From Sarea resinae (Eukaryota): 64,000 nucleotides of DNA. Shown one piece after another: positions 27,635 through 41,771 of the stretch. The notes beneath the pieces are model-generated. The model was not told the DNA's origin. It was given only the letters and a program-made list of their open reading frames with translations, and made no database searches. The position numbers were made by a program, and so were the translations under genes. How positions within the stretch are numbered: position 1 is the stretch's first letter; each line of letters begins with the position of its first letter. The stretch lies in assembly GCA_026026165.1 (NCBI GenBank), contig JAPEUD010000097.1:1-64000 (forward strand), written 5' to 3'.

Positions 27635-28715
27635 ATGGTCTCCAAGATCATGGACGCAGCGGCTGTGGTGAGTGCGATCTTGTCCCATTGGTCCTTGCGG
27701 CATATGCTAACAGAGAATGCAACAGCATGTATTGCCGGCGGGGTCACACAAGCCGCGACCGCCGAAAACGAGCAGGACAGTCCGACGCCCTGAACCCTTC
27801 GACCCAGAAGAACTCTGTCGACGACTCGAATTATACCAGAAGCAAGAAAAGAAACCACAACGGCCTCGCCAGCTCTACTCGGCCTGCGAACCGGACAAAC
27901 GAAGGAGGAGCTACCATCACATCCCTCAGGTGGCCGCCGCCGCTTTCGAGCGGACCTCGATATCCGACCTCGCAACCAAAAAGCTATTGCATAAGCTCTC
28001 GCAGCCTGTCGTGGACCGCTATAAAAACGGACGAGACACGAAAGAGCCTGCGGGTGGATTTCGGCCTGGCCAGCTTGCCACGGCGCATGAGGCTGCAAAT
28101 GCAGAGATTGAGGCCTTGGCGGAGCGGAATCAATTCCAGCACACGAAGGTATTAGAGGAGGCTGCTCTTGCGGATCGCAAGAGGGGTGTAATGTCCTCGC
28201 AGAAGGCCAACTCTGGTCTAGCCTCATCTTCGGGGCTCTCGTCGAGACAGACGAACTTGGTCGCAGCAATTGATGATGCCTCAACGCCAAAACCGCCGAG
28301 TTCCGCTTACGCCTCTCTGTGCCGTGTCAGCGCGCACACACCATCCCAATCTCTACCGAACGACCGCAACGATTGGACGCAAAAGGATGAAAATGCCGAG
28401 GAAAAGCCTTCGTTTAAGGAGCGCATACATGGACTCCACCGGCCTCATTCGCACTCGCCATCTCGTGCGAAAAAGGAGGGCGCCCTGAAGGGCGACGCTG
28501 TTAAGCGACTATCTAGCTCTCGAACCTCGGCTTCAGAACCAGAGCAGTCCCCGTCGCGGTCTGCCTCGCCCAAGAAGGGGAAGCTGAGAGAGGCGCGTCT
28601 ATCATTTGCCAGCACATCTTCCAATGGGAGCAACGACGCCGGGTCATCTCCACGGCGCCTTAGCTTTCTTTCGCGGTTCCGAAAAAGTTCCAGTCTCGCA
28701 ATCCAAGCCTTCTGA
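27635..28715 (+). CDS. Hypothetical basic, Ser-rich protein
   Basis: Exon 27635-27667 (MVSKIMDAAAV), intron GTGAGT..GCTAAC..CAG 27668-27725, in frame with the 332-aa ORF; motifs FDPEELCRRL and DRNDWTQKDE. Confidence 0.75.
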
Positions 28716-28957
28716 TTTTTACTCCGGTTAAATCATCTCTCGGCGTTCGGTTCGGTTCAGCGTTCGTCCCAAAGTTATCTGGCATTTTCTGGGACTGGCA
28801 TTTTTATACCCACTAGGACCGCCTTTTTCCGGTCCTCTCTTCGCATGTGTGCATCTATATGGTGGAATTGGATTTGGAGACTGGGCTGTGGCATCTCTTC
28901 ATACCTTAACATTTGGGTTCAGGTAACGATCCGGAGGAGACGGACAAAAACATCGGG

Positions 28958-28993
<36 letters not shown>
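28958..28993. repeat. (CAT)12 microsatellite
   Basis: Direct reading. Confidence 0.95.
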
Positions 28994-30399
28994 GATTCGT
29001 GGCATGTTATCCTCTATGCATTTAGGTTATGATCCTATATACTACAGATACGAACGACGAGGAATTATAATATAGTAATGAAAACTTCTATCCCATCTCG
29101 AGCTTTCAATCCGACAGCAGACGATGAGCATATTTCATAAAAAGTTCGGAGACCACTATACTTGGGTATCAATATTTGAGGAGCGCTGCAGCTATATCGT
29201 AGGTAAGGTAGATGTAGGAACAGGTTTGCCTATTGACTAGACCTTTCACCATATTGTTGTACCATCATCACACCTATTAGAATCTCCTAAGGGTTGCTGT
29301 AGAATGTTCGGTACACTTTGGGGAGTCCCGACATGGTAGGATGAGAGACTCGGAGAATCGTCTGCGATACCTGGAGCCCAAATCAATTCCATTCATGCGT
29401 ACGACTGACCTACAGGATGACACTACCAGTCCAGACTTCCAGGGGGATGAGGGTACGCAGTACTGAGGTACCCAGATTGAGCATACCATAGTAGTACTGC
29501 ACCGCAGCAGGTGGAGATGCGTAGAGGAGAAGAGTGGAGAGTACTCGGTACTTGGTACTTGGTACTTCGTCTCATCGTACAGGTCGGGGGATCGCCACGA
29601 GGTCGAGGCCGAGAACAGACGACACCGGCCGGGACGAGTCTGTCGGTCGTGCCTGCCTGATGTATCGGACTACGTAGATTTGAATACGGTACCTACCTAC
29701 TTCAGCAGCTATGGATCTCACGTGTGAAAGATGCAGAAGATGGCAATCAGGCGGGAAAGGAAGGAGAGGCGGAAAAGGCAGCAAGTGGCGTATTACGACG
29801 TCGTGGCTTGGGGGCTCTGGGGCTTTGGGGTAGTGGGGCGGGACCGAGTTCCCCTCTAGCACACATGGATGGGCACGGAGACGCAGCGATTATCGATAGA
29901 GACTGCCGTAGCGAGTTGCGCATCGACTTTTCGGTTTCCCGGTTGCTGAATACGGTAATCCATGGAAAGAGGGAAAAGGCCTTGCACACGGCAGCGACTT
30001 GTTGTGCTCGACGTGCTAGTCGTGACCGCTAGTAAGCCGGCTGCTCTGGACGGGCTTGCCTGCCTTCACTGCACTGCCCTGCCCTTCACTTCCCTTCTCT
30101 TCCCTTCACTTCACTCCATCAAGAACCTCCTATGATCGCCTCCAATCTCATCCATTCGTTATCGTCGAGCACATATACATATCATTATCCCTCATTGCAG
30201 GTACTGCCGTTCAAGTAATCAATCGATCAATCCATCCATCCATCCATCCCCTGCCACCGAGACATTCCGTTCCTTATCAATCACAATCAGTCAGTCTCTC
30301 AACGACCACCTCGAGCTTCCAATCATACCAGGGCTAGCCCAAGCTCAGAACCGTAGTGCCCCGTCACGGTCGACGTCCGCGCTCGAAGCAGACGCCGCA

Positions 30400-33300
30400 A
30401 TGGTTGTCCTCGATCATCACGAATTCCTCTGTGAGGAGGAGAAGAGGTTGAAGGCGGACCGGGAGCGGTCAAAATACTGGAAGAAGTGGGGCCCGTATGT
30501 GGCGGAGAGGCAATGGGCAACCGGTATGGCGCACGCCTTTCTTGGCGCTGAAGTGAAGTGTAGCTAATATCCGATCAGTGCGAGAGGACTATTCGTAAGT
30601 GCAATTGCGTGGCATCCGAGGGAAATGCCCGACTAATTTGTTCTCAAGCAATGATGGCGACGCGTGGAGCCGTAAGTGACGCCGCGGCGCTCCTGAATCA
30701 TGCACATCTGATTGATTTTAGACTTCTCGCATGACCATGCGCGATCCAGAGCCTTCCGCTGGGGAGAAGACGGAATTGCGGGTGTTTCGGATACACATGG
30801 ACTGCAGAACATCTCATTCGCATTCTGGAACGAGAAAGAGTATGGCTGTCCTTGAGAGCTCCAACCTGATCGCACCGCTAACCTTCGAAAGCGACTTTTT
30901 GAAGGAACGCTTATTTGGATTGTCAAATCCGCAAGGAAATCACGGAGAGAGTGTGAAAGAAGCGCATTTTCACCTGGATAACACTCCCACGGTATACTAT
31001 TCCTTATCATAGTCAAGGTACTACAGCTAATTCATATCTAGCACTCCTATATGAAATATCTCTATAAATACCCACAGAAAAAATTTCCTTACGAAGATCT
31101 CATCAAGGAGAATGCCAGACGTGGGAAGACGGAGAGAGAATACAATATTGTGGACTCGGGAATATTCGATGAAAACCGCTACTGGGACATCTTCATCGAG
31201 ACTGCCAAGGAATCTGACGATGAGGAAGAGCTCTTGTTTCGAGTGACGGCGTACAATCGGGGTCCGGAGCCTGCTCCCTTACATATCGTTCCGCATGTCT
31301 GGTTCCGCAATACCTGGGCCTGGGGTCACGAATCTGCAGACAAGAAGCCCTCCATCAAGCAGGTTGGCCCACTCATGGCGAAGTCGAATCATTGGCAGCT
31401 TGGCGAACGGTACTTCCAGCTCTCTCCTTCCCCTGGCATTGGCTCTAGCGGAGAAGACATCCAACCCCAGCTTATCTTCACCGAGAACGATACCAATTTC
31501 AAAGGCCTCTATGGTGGCCAGAATAAGCAGCCTTACGTCAAGGACGCTTTTCACCGCCTGATCGTCGATGATGATGTCCGCGCTGTTAATCCGCGCCATC
31601 AAGGAACCAAAAGCGCTGCTTGGTATGCGTTCGACGAGGGTGATGGAGTGCCTCCAGGCGAATGCGCCGTAGTGCGATTCCGTCTTTCGCGCAATCACAC
31701 GGACTACCTCGATGAAGAGCTCTTCGACGAAATCATTGATCAGCGAAGAAATGAGGCCGATGAGTTCTACTGGAGAATCAGCCCTCTACCCATGGCCGAC
31801 GACCTCCGGAACATCCAACGTCAAGCCTTTTCTGGAATGCTTTGGTGCAAGCAGTATTACCACTTCATCTGGGATCAATGGGCGAATGGCGATCCAGGCA
31901 TGCCGCCACCGCCAGCAAATCGTAAAGCTATTCGAAATCAGCATTGGAAGCACATGCACCTGGACGACATCCTATCGATGCCGGACTCATGGGAATATCC
32001 CTTTTTCGCCGCCTGGGACACCGCTTTCCATTGCATACCTTTGGCCATGATTGATCCCGAGTTTGCTAAAAAGCAACTTGACATTCTTACTAGGGAGTGG
32101 TATATGCATCCCAATGGTCAACTGCCGGCTTATGAGTGGAACTTCGGTGATGTCAACCCCCCTGTCCATGCTTGGTCGGTCTTCAGGACTTTCAAGATTG
32201 AGCGAAAGATGTACGGTCGCCAAGATCTGGACTTTCTCGAGAGGGTCTTCCAGAAGCTGTTGCTGAACTTCACTTGGTGGGTAAACCGAAAAGACACCGA
32301 GGGAAAGAACGTTTTTGAGGGAGGTTTCCTTGGTTTGGACAACATCGGCCTGTTTAATCGGTCAGACCCACTTCCTACTGGGGGTGTTCTCGAACAAGCA
32401 GATAGCACCGGCTGGATGGCTTTCTACTGTCTGTCCATGCTCAACATTGCTTTGGAGCTGGCGAAACATCGTCGTATCTACGAAGACAGTACGTCTGCCC
32501 TTTGAATATCCCCGAATGGGCCGCGGCTAATAGATTATTAGTTGCTTCAAAATTCTTTGAGCATTTCATTCTCATTAGCGATGCGATGACGTATCGGGCT
32601 GGTGGAGAGGAGAAATCACTATGGAATGAAGAAGACGGGTAAGCGGGCAGGCCTAACAGCATCCGAAGTGCCAGTGACTAACATTTCCAGCTTCTATTAT
32701 GACGCGATTTCCTGGGGCGGGCCGTGGACCCAACAGCTTCCGGTTCGATCTCTCGTGGGACTAATACCGCTTTACGCTGTGGCTACACTTGAGCCCGAAC
32801 TCATCAACAAGTTCCCAGCTTTCAAGAAGCGCATGAATTGGTTCATCGAGAATCGGACTGATGTAGCAGAACGAAATATTGCCAGCATGAAGCGTCGCGG
32901 AAAGGATGACCGTCTACTTCTGGCTTTGGTCAGCAAGGAACGGCTCGTGGAGATTTTGAAGAGAATGCTGGCTGAGACAGAATTTCTCTCCGAACATGGT
33001 ATCCGCTCGCTGTCCAAACACCACAAAGACCATCCGTACTCAATGAATGTCAACGGTCAGGAATTCAAGGTTGGGTACGTCCCTGGAGATTCGGACAGTG
33101 GACTATTCGGAGGCAATAGCAATTGGCGTGGGCCGATCTGGCTCGCTGTGAACTTCCTGTTGGTTGAGTCACTACTGCGCTTCTACATGTTCTATGGTGA
33201 CACGCTTAAGATCGAGTGCCCGACAGGGTCTGGAGATTATATGCACCTGGGACACGTTGCAGAAGAAATTCAGCATCGGCTGCAGCATCTATTCGTTCGT

Positions 33301-33858
33301 GGCGATGACGGACGTCGAGCCGTCAACGCGGGCAACGACATGCTCGACTACGACCCACACTGGAAGGACTACATGTGGTTCCACGAGTTCTTCGACGCAG
33401 ATACCGGAAGAGGACTTGGCGCGAGCCATCAGTGCGGATGGACTGGTCTCATCGCAAAGATCATACATGACACTGGGTAAGTTTGGCGCTCATGGTCGTA
33501 GCGATCTCTACTAACACGGACCTATAGAATCAACTGCCGTCTCCCACAAACTCCTCGCACGCCTTCGACGGCAGGAGCCCACTACTTTGACGACGTCTTT
33601 AGCCGCTCCGCGCGGCCGTCGATCTCAAAACCAAACTTCATCCGCCGCTCGTCGACGCGTTCGATTGGCGCTCGAAGCGACTGGCATGCCACTTCATCCG
33701 TCAATGGAGATGATGAGGATGAGGCGGAGAGCGAGCGTCGGCGTAGCGAGGCCAACGAGCATGTTGCGAACTACATCAGCACGCAGCTCGAGCGGGTCAA
33801 AAGCCACGACTCGGCCGCGGTCTACGAGGATGAGTTTGAGACACAGTTGGATGACTAG
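30400..33858 (+). CDS. GH63-like glucosidase (yeast YMR196W / mannosylglycerate hydrolase-like)
   Basis: [72 protein letters not shown]; about 8 introns, with 16- and 23-nt micro-exons. Confidence 0.92.
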
Positions 33859-34409
33859 CTGTGTCGTGCGACGTTTTCTGGTGGAGAAGAAGAAGAAGAA
33901 GAAGAAGATGATGATGATGGTCTCTCCTTGCTTTCTTCAAGCTCCCTACGATCGATGGTCGAGCGAGTCTCTCATTCGGAAGAGCAAGGAGCAAGTCGGC
34001 GTGCTGTCTGTGTGTGGATCGTCTTGCGAGCCTTAGACATAGATTATTAGATGAGTATAGATGAGAAATTAGAACATTGGTTAGAATCTCATATGCGCAT
34101 CGTTCAGGAGTGGAGGACCATTCTGTCTCTCGGCCGAGCGCGGATTGCCGTGGCAGGTACGAAGGCCGCAGTACCGCCGTAGAGTACTTTGTGCTTGGAG
34201 TACATGGTCCGGAGTAGTCGAGAGGCCCTCGGTCGTGCTCCCTCGGCTTAGTCATCGGGGTCAAAAAGCTCAGTCCCCCATCTGCCAGAACCGAGCGAGC
34301 GACGAGCGAAGAGCGAAGACCCTCATCACCGACGTCGCCCGAACTCCCATCACCACCATCAAATCATCCCCTCCACCGTCAATTCGACATCTCCACTCTC
34401 CTGTTCACC

Positions 34410-35577
34410 ATGGTTTTCGCTCGCGCTGCTCTCCGGGCCTCGCGGGTTGCCGCTCCCCGCGCCGCCATCGTCCCTCGCGCTGCCGTCAGGAGCTACGCCC
34501 AGGCTGCTTCTGCCGCTGCTACCGCCCAGTCGACCAAGCCGCCCGTGGCTCTCTTCGGCGTCGATGGCACCTATGCCAGTGCTCTGGTATGTATTGTGGC
34601 TTTCTTCTCGTTTTGCATTGGAGGCTCAGCTGGATGCCAATGGCTTCGACGTGGCGGTTGATGAATGCCGCTCTGCCGGTGAGAGGCAGTGAGGGAGCGA
34701 AGAATGACGACCAGACCAGCAGCAGCATGAGCCAGCAAAGAACATATAAGAGCACCAAAGGGGAACAGAAAACTAACGAATGTCCGGCACGCAAACAGTA
34801 CACGGCAGCAGCCAAGACGTCGACGCTCGACAGCGCCGCGTCGGCCATGGCGGCCCTCAACGCCGTCTTCAAGAGCGACCCCAAGCTCCCGCTGATCCTG
34901 TCGGCCCCGACGCTCTCGCCGGCCGACAAGGCGCAGATTGTGACGGAGCTGCAGAAGCAGATCGGCGGCGCCGACAAGGAGGGCACCGTCAAGAACTTCC
35001 TCGACACTCTGGCCGAGAACAACCGGCTCAGCATCCTCGAGGGCGTGGCCCAGAAATTCGAGATCCTGATGGGCGCTGCTCGGGGCGAGGTCGAGTTGAG
35101 AGTCACCTCTGCTACTGTATGTTTCTCTTCATTCTCTGAATTCTATCTCCCAATGAATCCATGGGGAGGAAGGGAGAGAAACACCCGCTAATCGACGCCA
35201 TACCAAATCAACAGCCCCTCGACAGCAAGATCCTCTCGCGTCTGGAATCGTCCATTTCGAAATCGGCCTACGTCGGCCAGGGCCAGAAGCTCAAGGTCGT
35301 CCCGAACGTACGTCTTTTCTTTTCTTCTTCTCCTTCCACTCTTTCATCCCTCCATCCCACCATGAAGACCATTCAGGAGTCCCAAACCGAGAAAAGAAAA
35401 GAAAAAGAAAAAGAAAAAGAAAAAGGTCATGGCTCAAACTAACACGATGCCACGACACTACAGGTCAACCCCGACATCCGCGGCGGCCTGATCGTCGAGA
35501 TCGGCGACCGGACCATCGACCTCTCCGTCTCGTCCAAGATGGCGCGCTTGAACAAGCTGTTGACCGATACGCTATAG
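34410..35577 (+). CDS. ATP5: Mitochondrial ATP synthase OSCP subunit
   Basis: Arg/Ala-rich presequence, KPPVALFGVDGTYASALYTAA, LAENNRL, VNPDIRGGLIVEIGDRTIDLSVSSK; three introns. Confidence 0.96.
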
Positions 35578-36509
35578 ATGGGGCTGTGAGGACAGAAAGA
35601 AGATGGCGAAGGAAGGCAGACGAATGAAGGAAGGGAGGGAGGGAGAAAGGGTGAAGACGGTGAGTTTTGAAACGGGAGAGAGAGGAAAGGAGAGGAAAGG
35701 AGAGGGGGAGAGGGGGCGAGGGAGGCAGCGATGTGATGTGATGTGATGATGGAATTCTATCCCGGATCAATTTCTTGTACACAGACTCTTATAAGGCATC
35801 TACCTAGATGGATGTCCCCCAGTCCGCCGCCGGCAAGAAGAAGAGTCGAATGCCTATTGTACATCTATCCAGCTTGCTTATCTTCCTATCGACCTATCTC
35901 ACTCCCTCCCTTCCTACCTACCTACCTACCTCCCTGCCTTCCTACCTACATCCCTACCTACCTACCTCCCTACATCCATGTACTGCATGCACCCTCTTAA
36001 ACGTACCAGAGAAGGAAGGAAGCAAGGAAGGGGGGAGAGAAGACAACGCCCCACCCGCCCGCCCGCTTTAGACCGGAATCCCCTTGAAAAATCAATTTTT
36101 TCTCGTATGTCTCGTATTTCTATGTATGGTATAGTACGCATCGATGGATACATGGAAAGATGATAAAAGGGGATAGAGTAGAGGGGCCAAATTGGATCCG
36201 GATCCCGACCGACCACGTGAATGAAACCATTCAATAAAGCAAGCAAGCAAGCCAAAGCAAGTCAAAGCAAGCCAAAGCAAGATACCATCATCATCAGCAT
36301 CATCATTCATTCACTCCTCGCCATTGTCTCACATGAACGCCTTCGCCGCTCGGATCCCCACATTGCACGTGCCCCCAACACTGGCCGACCTTTCCCCGAC
36401 CAGATCAAACGGAGATCCCTCAGTGAGCCACCGCTGCGAACCCTGCTCCCTGAACTCCTCCCTCTTCACCGTGTCGTCATAATCCTCCCATCCCAACAAC
36501 AAGAACAAC

Positions 36510-37619
36510 TCAGTCACTCCTCAGCATGCTCTCGACGAGATCGCCAAGCGGGCCCCAGAAGTCCTTGCCCGTCGCCAGGTTGTGCTCGTCGATGAACAGG
36601 ACGTAATGCTTGAAGCTGGTGTTCAGGTGCGGTTCGAGGCCCAGCTGCACGATGACCGGGTAGTGGTGGCAATAGATGTGCGCATATACTCTGTAGAGCC
36701 GTTTGAAGAGCTGGCGGAGGAGAGCGGGGAAGGTTTTGGGGAAGGGAACGCCTTTTTGGGTGTCACTTTCGTTAGAGTCTTCGTGGGCCGTGACAAGGCC
36801 CCGGGTAGAGGGGCCATGAGAGATGAAGACTTACCGATTCGGCTGGGAAACATAGACTCGTTATCGATGTTGCCCTGCACCCACGCCATGAGGTGTTCGA
36901 TATACTCCGGCGCTGGCATCTTGGTTGGTCGCTTGAACGTCTCGTTGTCCTGCCAGAGATACTCGAATCTAGATTGAGTACGCCTTGCATCAGTGTCGTG
37001 GTCTAGCTAGCACGGCTGATGATTTCCCTTACTCGTCTGTCGCTTTCATCTCGGGACAGGATTGTGGGGAGCAAAATTCGGTGATGGAGCCGTAAAGAAG
37101 GTTGATCTGGTTGTAGAAATCGACAACTGCGTGCACGAGCATCAGCCCATCAGCCCATGTAGCCATCGTATCAACCGTGAAGGACCAACCATTGACAGCC
37201 AGCCACTCATTTAGATCTTCCCCCTCGGGCAACAGAACCGCCTTTCTCAAACTCCCGCTCCCCAGCGTCGCCTCTGCGAATTGCCGAAGCTGATAGCTAC
37301 TCGTGCCCTTTGTGGCATTGCGCGGCTTGAATGGGCCTCGAGTCCGTGCATTGCTAAATCCATGTAAAAAATCGTTAGACAGAGATAGACACACGGTTGC
37401 ATCGTCATCATCATCATCTTCTTTTTCCTTGAAAGGATCGATCAAAGAAGGTAGAGCGCGAACAGACTCGGGTGATGTCGGTGGAGGAAGAGATATTTGA
37501 AAGGTATTGACAGTGATGCAAGAGGCGGGCGAGACGACAGGAGAAAGAGGCCTAGGTGGCCGAGGGGACAGAGGGGCAGGAGAAGTAGTGACCAACATTG
37601 TGTTGATGAATGAAGCCAT
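36510..37619 (-). CDS. MOB1: Mob1 kinase activator
   Basis: [70 protein letters not shown]; four introns. Confidence 0.96.
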
Positions 37620-38424
37620 CTTCTTTCTCGAGACAGGCCGCGCCGGGCGGCGGTCGAAGAGATAGGATATAGCCCGCCGAACTGTGTTGCTCGCGCGGTG
37701 ACCTAGATGCATTCCAACGGTCAGCTACCCGTACCTAGGAGATGACTGTGTTCGAGGAATGTGGTGGCGGGGTTGACTGGTGGACCGTGGACCGTGGACC
37801 TACCGCACGTTCTTCAGAGTATGTCCTCTGTTCTGAGCCTTGAAGGTTCTTTATGGAAGATGCGATATGAGACAGAGTAGGAAAGGGAGCTGAGTGTTAT
37901 TTGTCTCAGGCCGAATGGTAGTGCAGAAGGTGGAGGAAGAGAAAGAGTTGAAGGAAGGGAGGGAAGTGAAGCTTGAGAAAGATCGATATCGCTACTGACG
38001 TTTGTTTACATGTCTACGTCTTCCGTCTACGGAGTGCGACTGTGCGACTCCTGACGACTGAGGGGTCTCTCTGGTAGCGACACCAAACAAATCACCATCG
38101 CACACCAATGGAGAGGAACATCAGCCAAATATATAAATTATATTCAGATAGCATAGTGAAAAAATCAACAATTGATTCGCGAGGTCAGTGCATGGCTCAA
38201 CAGGGCGTCCAGATGATTTCGTTGTTACATGCACCTGTATACACTACGAAAAATCATCATTACGGATACCAATGCACATCGATATCACAGTGAAGAGCTC
38301 GGACAAAGATATACATATATACACACCCGTAAGATAGGGCCACCGGCTCCTAATTCTTTCGTCCAACAGAGTTGGCAACTCTCAAATGCAGAGATCAAGC
38401 ATCTTCTGACTCCTTCCATGCTGC

Positions 38425-41013
38425 CTACACGGCCAACCCTTCCGTCGCCGCGCCTTCGGTATCTCCAGCCGCAGCACCATAGACTGTGATGGGAACGGCA
38501 ATCTCAAAGCTCTCGCAGAACATGCCCTCGATAGCCGCGAGAGTCACCCCTCTCTCATCCCTCGCCACCTCTTCCAGCAGGCTTTCCCCGCCCCCCTCGT
38601 CTTCCTCTTCCCCAGATATCCTAGGCGTGACAAACTCGACGCGGATCTTCCACTCCAAGCTCACGCCAGTGGTGATGAATTCGGGCGTTGCATTGGCTGG
38701 TATCGTCGGGCTGAATGTCACCCTTCGCGCAAAGAGCGTCGTCTCCGAGCGCGTGGAATGAATCCGCCGGGTTACACGATGGATGCTGTTTGCCGATCGA
38801 AGCGCTATGGCGGGATCGACTTTCTCCGACGTCTCCAATGCGGCGTGAAGAGCATAGCATGGAACATCAGCCTTGCTGAAATCGATCACGGCTGTGATTG
38901 TCTCCCCGAGCCGATATGCCGGCCTGGCAATCATCAAGACGGCAACGCGGCGACCGTTTCGCGCAATCTCAAAACGGTTGGTACTACGATTCGAGGAGGT
39001 AGCGATATTGCTACGGAGTACTGCCAAGTCTATCGCCTCCTTTATCGAGGACGGCCCTCCGACAGAGGAGAGCCGCCGCTTGGGTACATGCTCGGTGGGC
39101 GAAAGCAAGCCAGCATTAAGATTCTGGCGAGGTTGGTCGATCAACGTATCGGCGTATGAGAGAAAATCCTGTAGAGACGAATCTTGCGACCTTGCGCCCT
39201 TCTTCCGTTTGTGCACAAACGATATGCTAGATATTGAGAGATTCTCATCGATGCTTTCAGTACGTGCTTCATCCCTTAAGATAATATAGGGGCACATCAA
39301 GTCATGGCCTAGAATTTCCCCACGCCCTACGTCATGTTAGTGACAGAGTAGAATTAAAGAGTGGTTGCAGCCCTACCGTTCACCCCACCGAAAACCCGGA
39401 ACGGGATATCAATCTGCTTGACTTGTTGTTGATCTTTCGACGTTCCTGGCCGCTGCGTACCAATGACTAGACTGTAGGATATTTTGATGGTTTTTCCTTT
39501 GTGAGTTGGGGGTAAGCTCTTCGGTAATGTGAAGCTATAGCTGTAAGTCTTGCTCTCTCCAGGCTTCAATCGCAGATCGACGAAAAGGACTGATTGTGGT
39601 GTTGATATCAAAGGGATCGTCTTCGAACTAGCGATCCCTCTCATTTCCTTGATGCTGCTTAATTCTCCTCCGCTCAGCAACCCTCCGAGAGATTCGCCTA
39701 TACTTCCCCATCCAAGGGCGCCAAAAAGTCCGCTCTCTCTACTGCTCCTCTCGACTCCCACAACACCACCTCCTCCTTGGCCACCAACAACACCCTTCCT
39801 TTTGACTTCTTCAAAGGGCGCTTGATTGACAAGGGACCCGTCCAAAGTGAATGAGCCCATTATCTGCGCATAGCCCATCATCAATATCTCTGGAGGTTTC
39901 TGAGAGTTTGCCACAGAAAGATTAGAACCTCGCCGCACGTGTGTAGGTCTAGAGAGTAATCGAGCGGAGACTTGAGGAGTATATTCTGAAGCAAGTGTTT
40001 CGCTGGAATTATTACTCATAGAGTAGAATTCGCCACTACTTCTGGGTGTTCCGTTCATGCTGGATCCGGAGATCACCTTTGGCACAGGATCTGCGCCACT
40101 AGGTCCTTCTTCTGGCGGATACGGAGAAAGTCCTTGCGCAGATCCAATGGCCCTCTTAGGGCTTGCTCCAGAAGCGGCTGGCGGGGGTAGATCTGGCGAT
40201 TGCGTATTCATTTGTGGAGAAGTAGCAGGGAATTTAAAAGTCTGTGAGATCGATCCCGAGGACTTCCTGTGAAATTGAGGCATCCCCGGTGCATTTGGTG
40301 TCGTCGGAGGACCTGCTGAAGGCCTTCGAGAGGGCCGTATTGGTAAGGAACCGTCCACGAGACGCCCATTATTCGTTGGAGGGAACGACGCATTGAACAA
40401 AGGCGACGGCTGCGTTGCTGATCGATATCCCGAAGCTGCTTGAACAGTTAGCCCGATCTTTAACTGAATGTCTACTGAATGGATGCTTACGAGACGACGG
40501 CCCAGCCATGCGTGGCAACACCTGTAAGCTCGCTGATCGCGTGTGATTCCTGCCTGGTCGACGAGCAGCAGCTGCGCTATTAGGGCCTTGATTCTCTTCC
40601 GTTGTAACATCACTGCCCATTGATATAATAGAGACCGATCGCTTGTGCGCATGCCCAGAAGCCCCATTCTGCCCTGCGCTCCATGACCCTGGCGATCGTT
40701 GTCGCCTCGAGCTGCTTGGTACACTCAATGAGAGGGCTGGCTTATGTCCCGGCGTCTGGGATGGGGACATTCGTGCATTCTGCTGGGAAATTGATCTATT
40801 GTTGGCCGCGACAGCGTGCAATGGCACCGTCCTCCGTTGACGTTCTCCACCTGCCACGAAGCCATTGGACTTGGGACTCTGAACGTTCACCCGTGGAGTC
40901 CCAGGTGAAGGAGCTATATTCTTAAAGGTGATTTTGCACTCGACATCTTCGCCCGCGAAGACTGTTTGTTCCTTCCATTGCACGAAGACGCGAATACTAG
41001 AAGAGGCCGTCAT
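38425..41013 (-). CDS. RGP1: Rgp1 (Ric1-Rgp1 GEF subunit for Ypt6/Rab6)
   Basis: VFAGEDVECKITFKN, LMMGYAQIMGSFTLDGSLV, ISTPQSVLFVDLRL, TPEFITTGVSLEWKIRVEFV; two introns. Confidence 0.88.
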
Positions 41014-41771
41014 GATCTCGAGAGAGGCTGTGGGAAAGACACCCTCGATGAGCGAGCTTGGAGAGCATGAGTATGTGGTGATCGTGCTATCGATCCATGA
41101 GCTTATTCAACATTTTTGCACATCGGGTTTGACAACGACAAAGCTCTGGCAAAGGGAGTCCGAATAGGTCCTTGCACGATAGCTGCGAGCACTGTAGTGG
41201 ATGCCCTCACACTTCGCCTACATCACCGAATTACTATTATGGGCCGGTGGGAAAGGTACACACGCAGGTGGCACCCGGATACCTCGACGGTCCAGGGATG
41301 GAGGTAGCTTGACCACCTGGGCTGTGGAAATACAACGGCTCTTAGTGGTACTGAATACATAGCAGCAAGTATTCCTGTCGTTGATGTCAGCCATAGAACG
41401 CTCCAAATTCGATTTGGCGTTGACTCAACAGCTCATACGAAGCAGATCCATAGTAACGCTCGTCTACGCATTCTTACGCAGCTAATGCTTTGCCAGTTCG
41501 TCCGTGATGGCCTACATTTGTTCCACACTTGGTCTACACAGTCGATTATTGCTAGGGAGAGCCCAGAATAGGGGAACGGGTCTATTATATTATTTTCGTC
41601 CGCGCATTAGCAGGGACAGAGTCATGTAAAAGAGGATCTTATATGAACAAAAGATGCAGTGATCCTTGCACGGGAAGCAGAGAGAAAGCCCAAGGAGTGT
41701 GCCGTCCACTGGTATCGTAATTAGAGGAAATCTCAACAATAACACACTCATGCGCATATGAGTCTAATATT

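Noticed and set aside
34145..35191. 348-aa ORF overlapping ATP5
   Set aside because: Chimera of promoter, an off-frame exon, an intron and the true exon 2.
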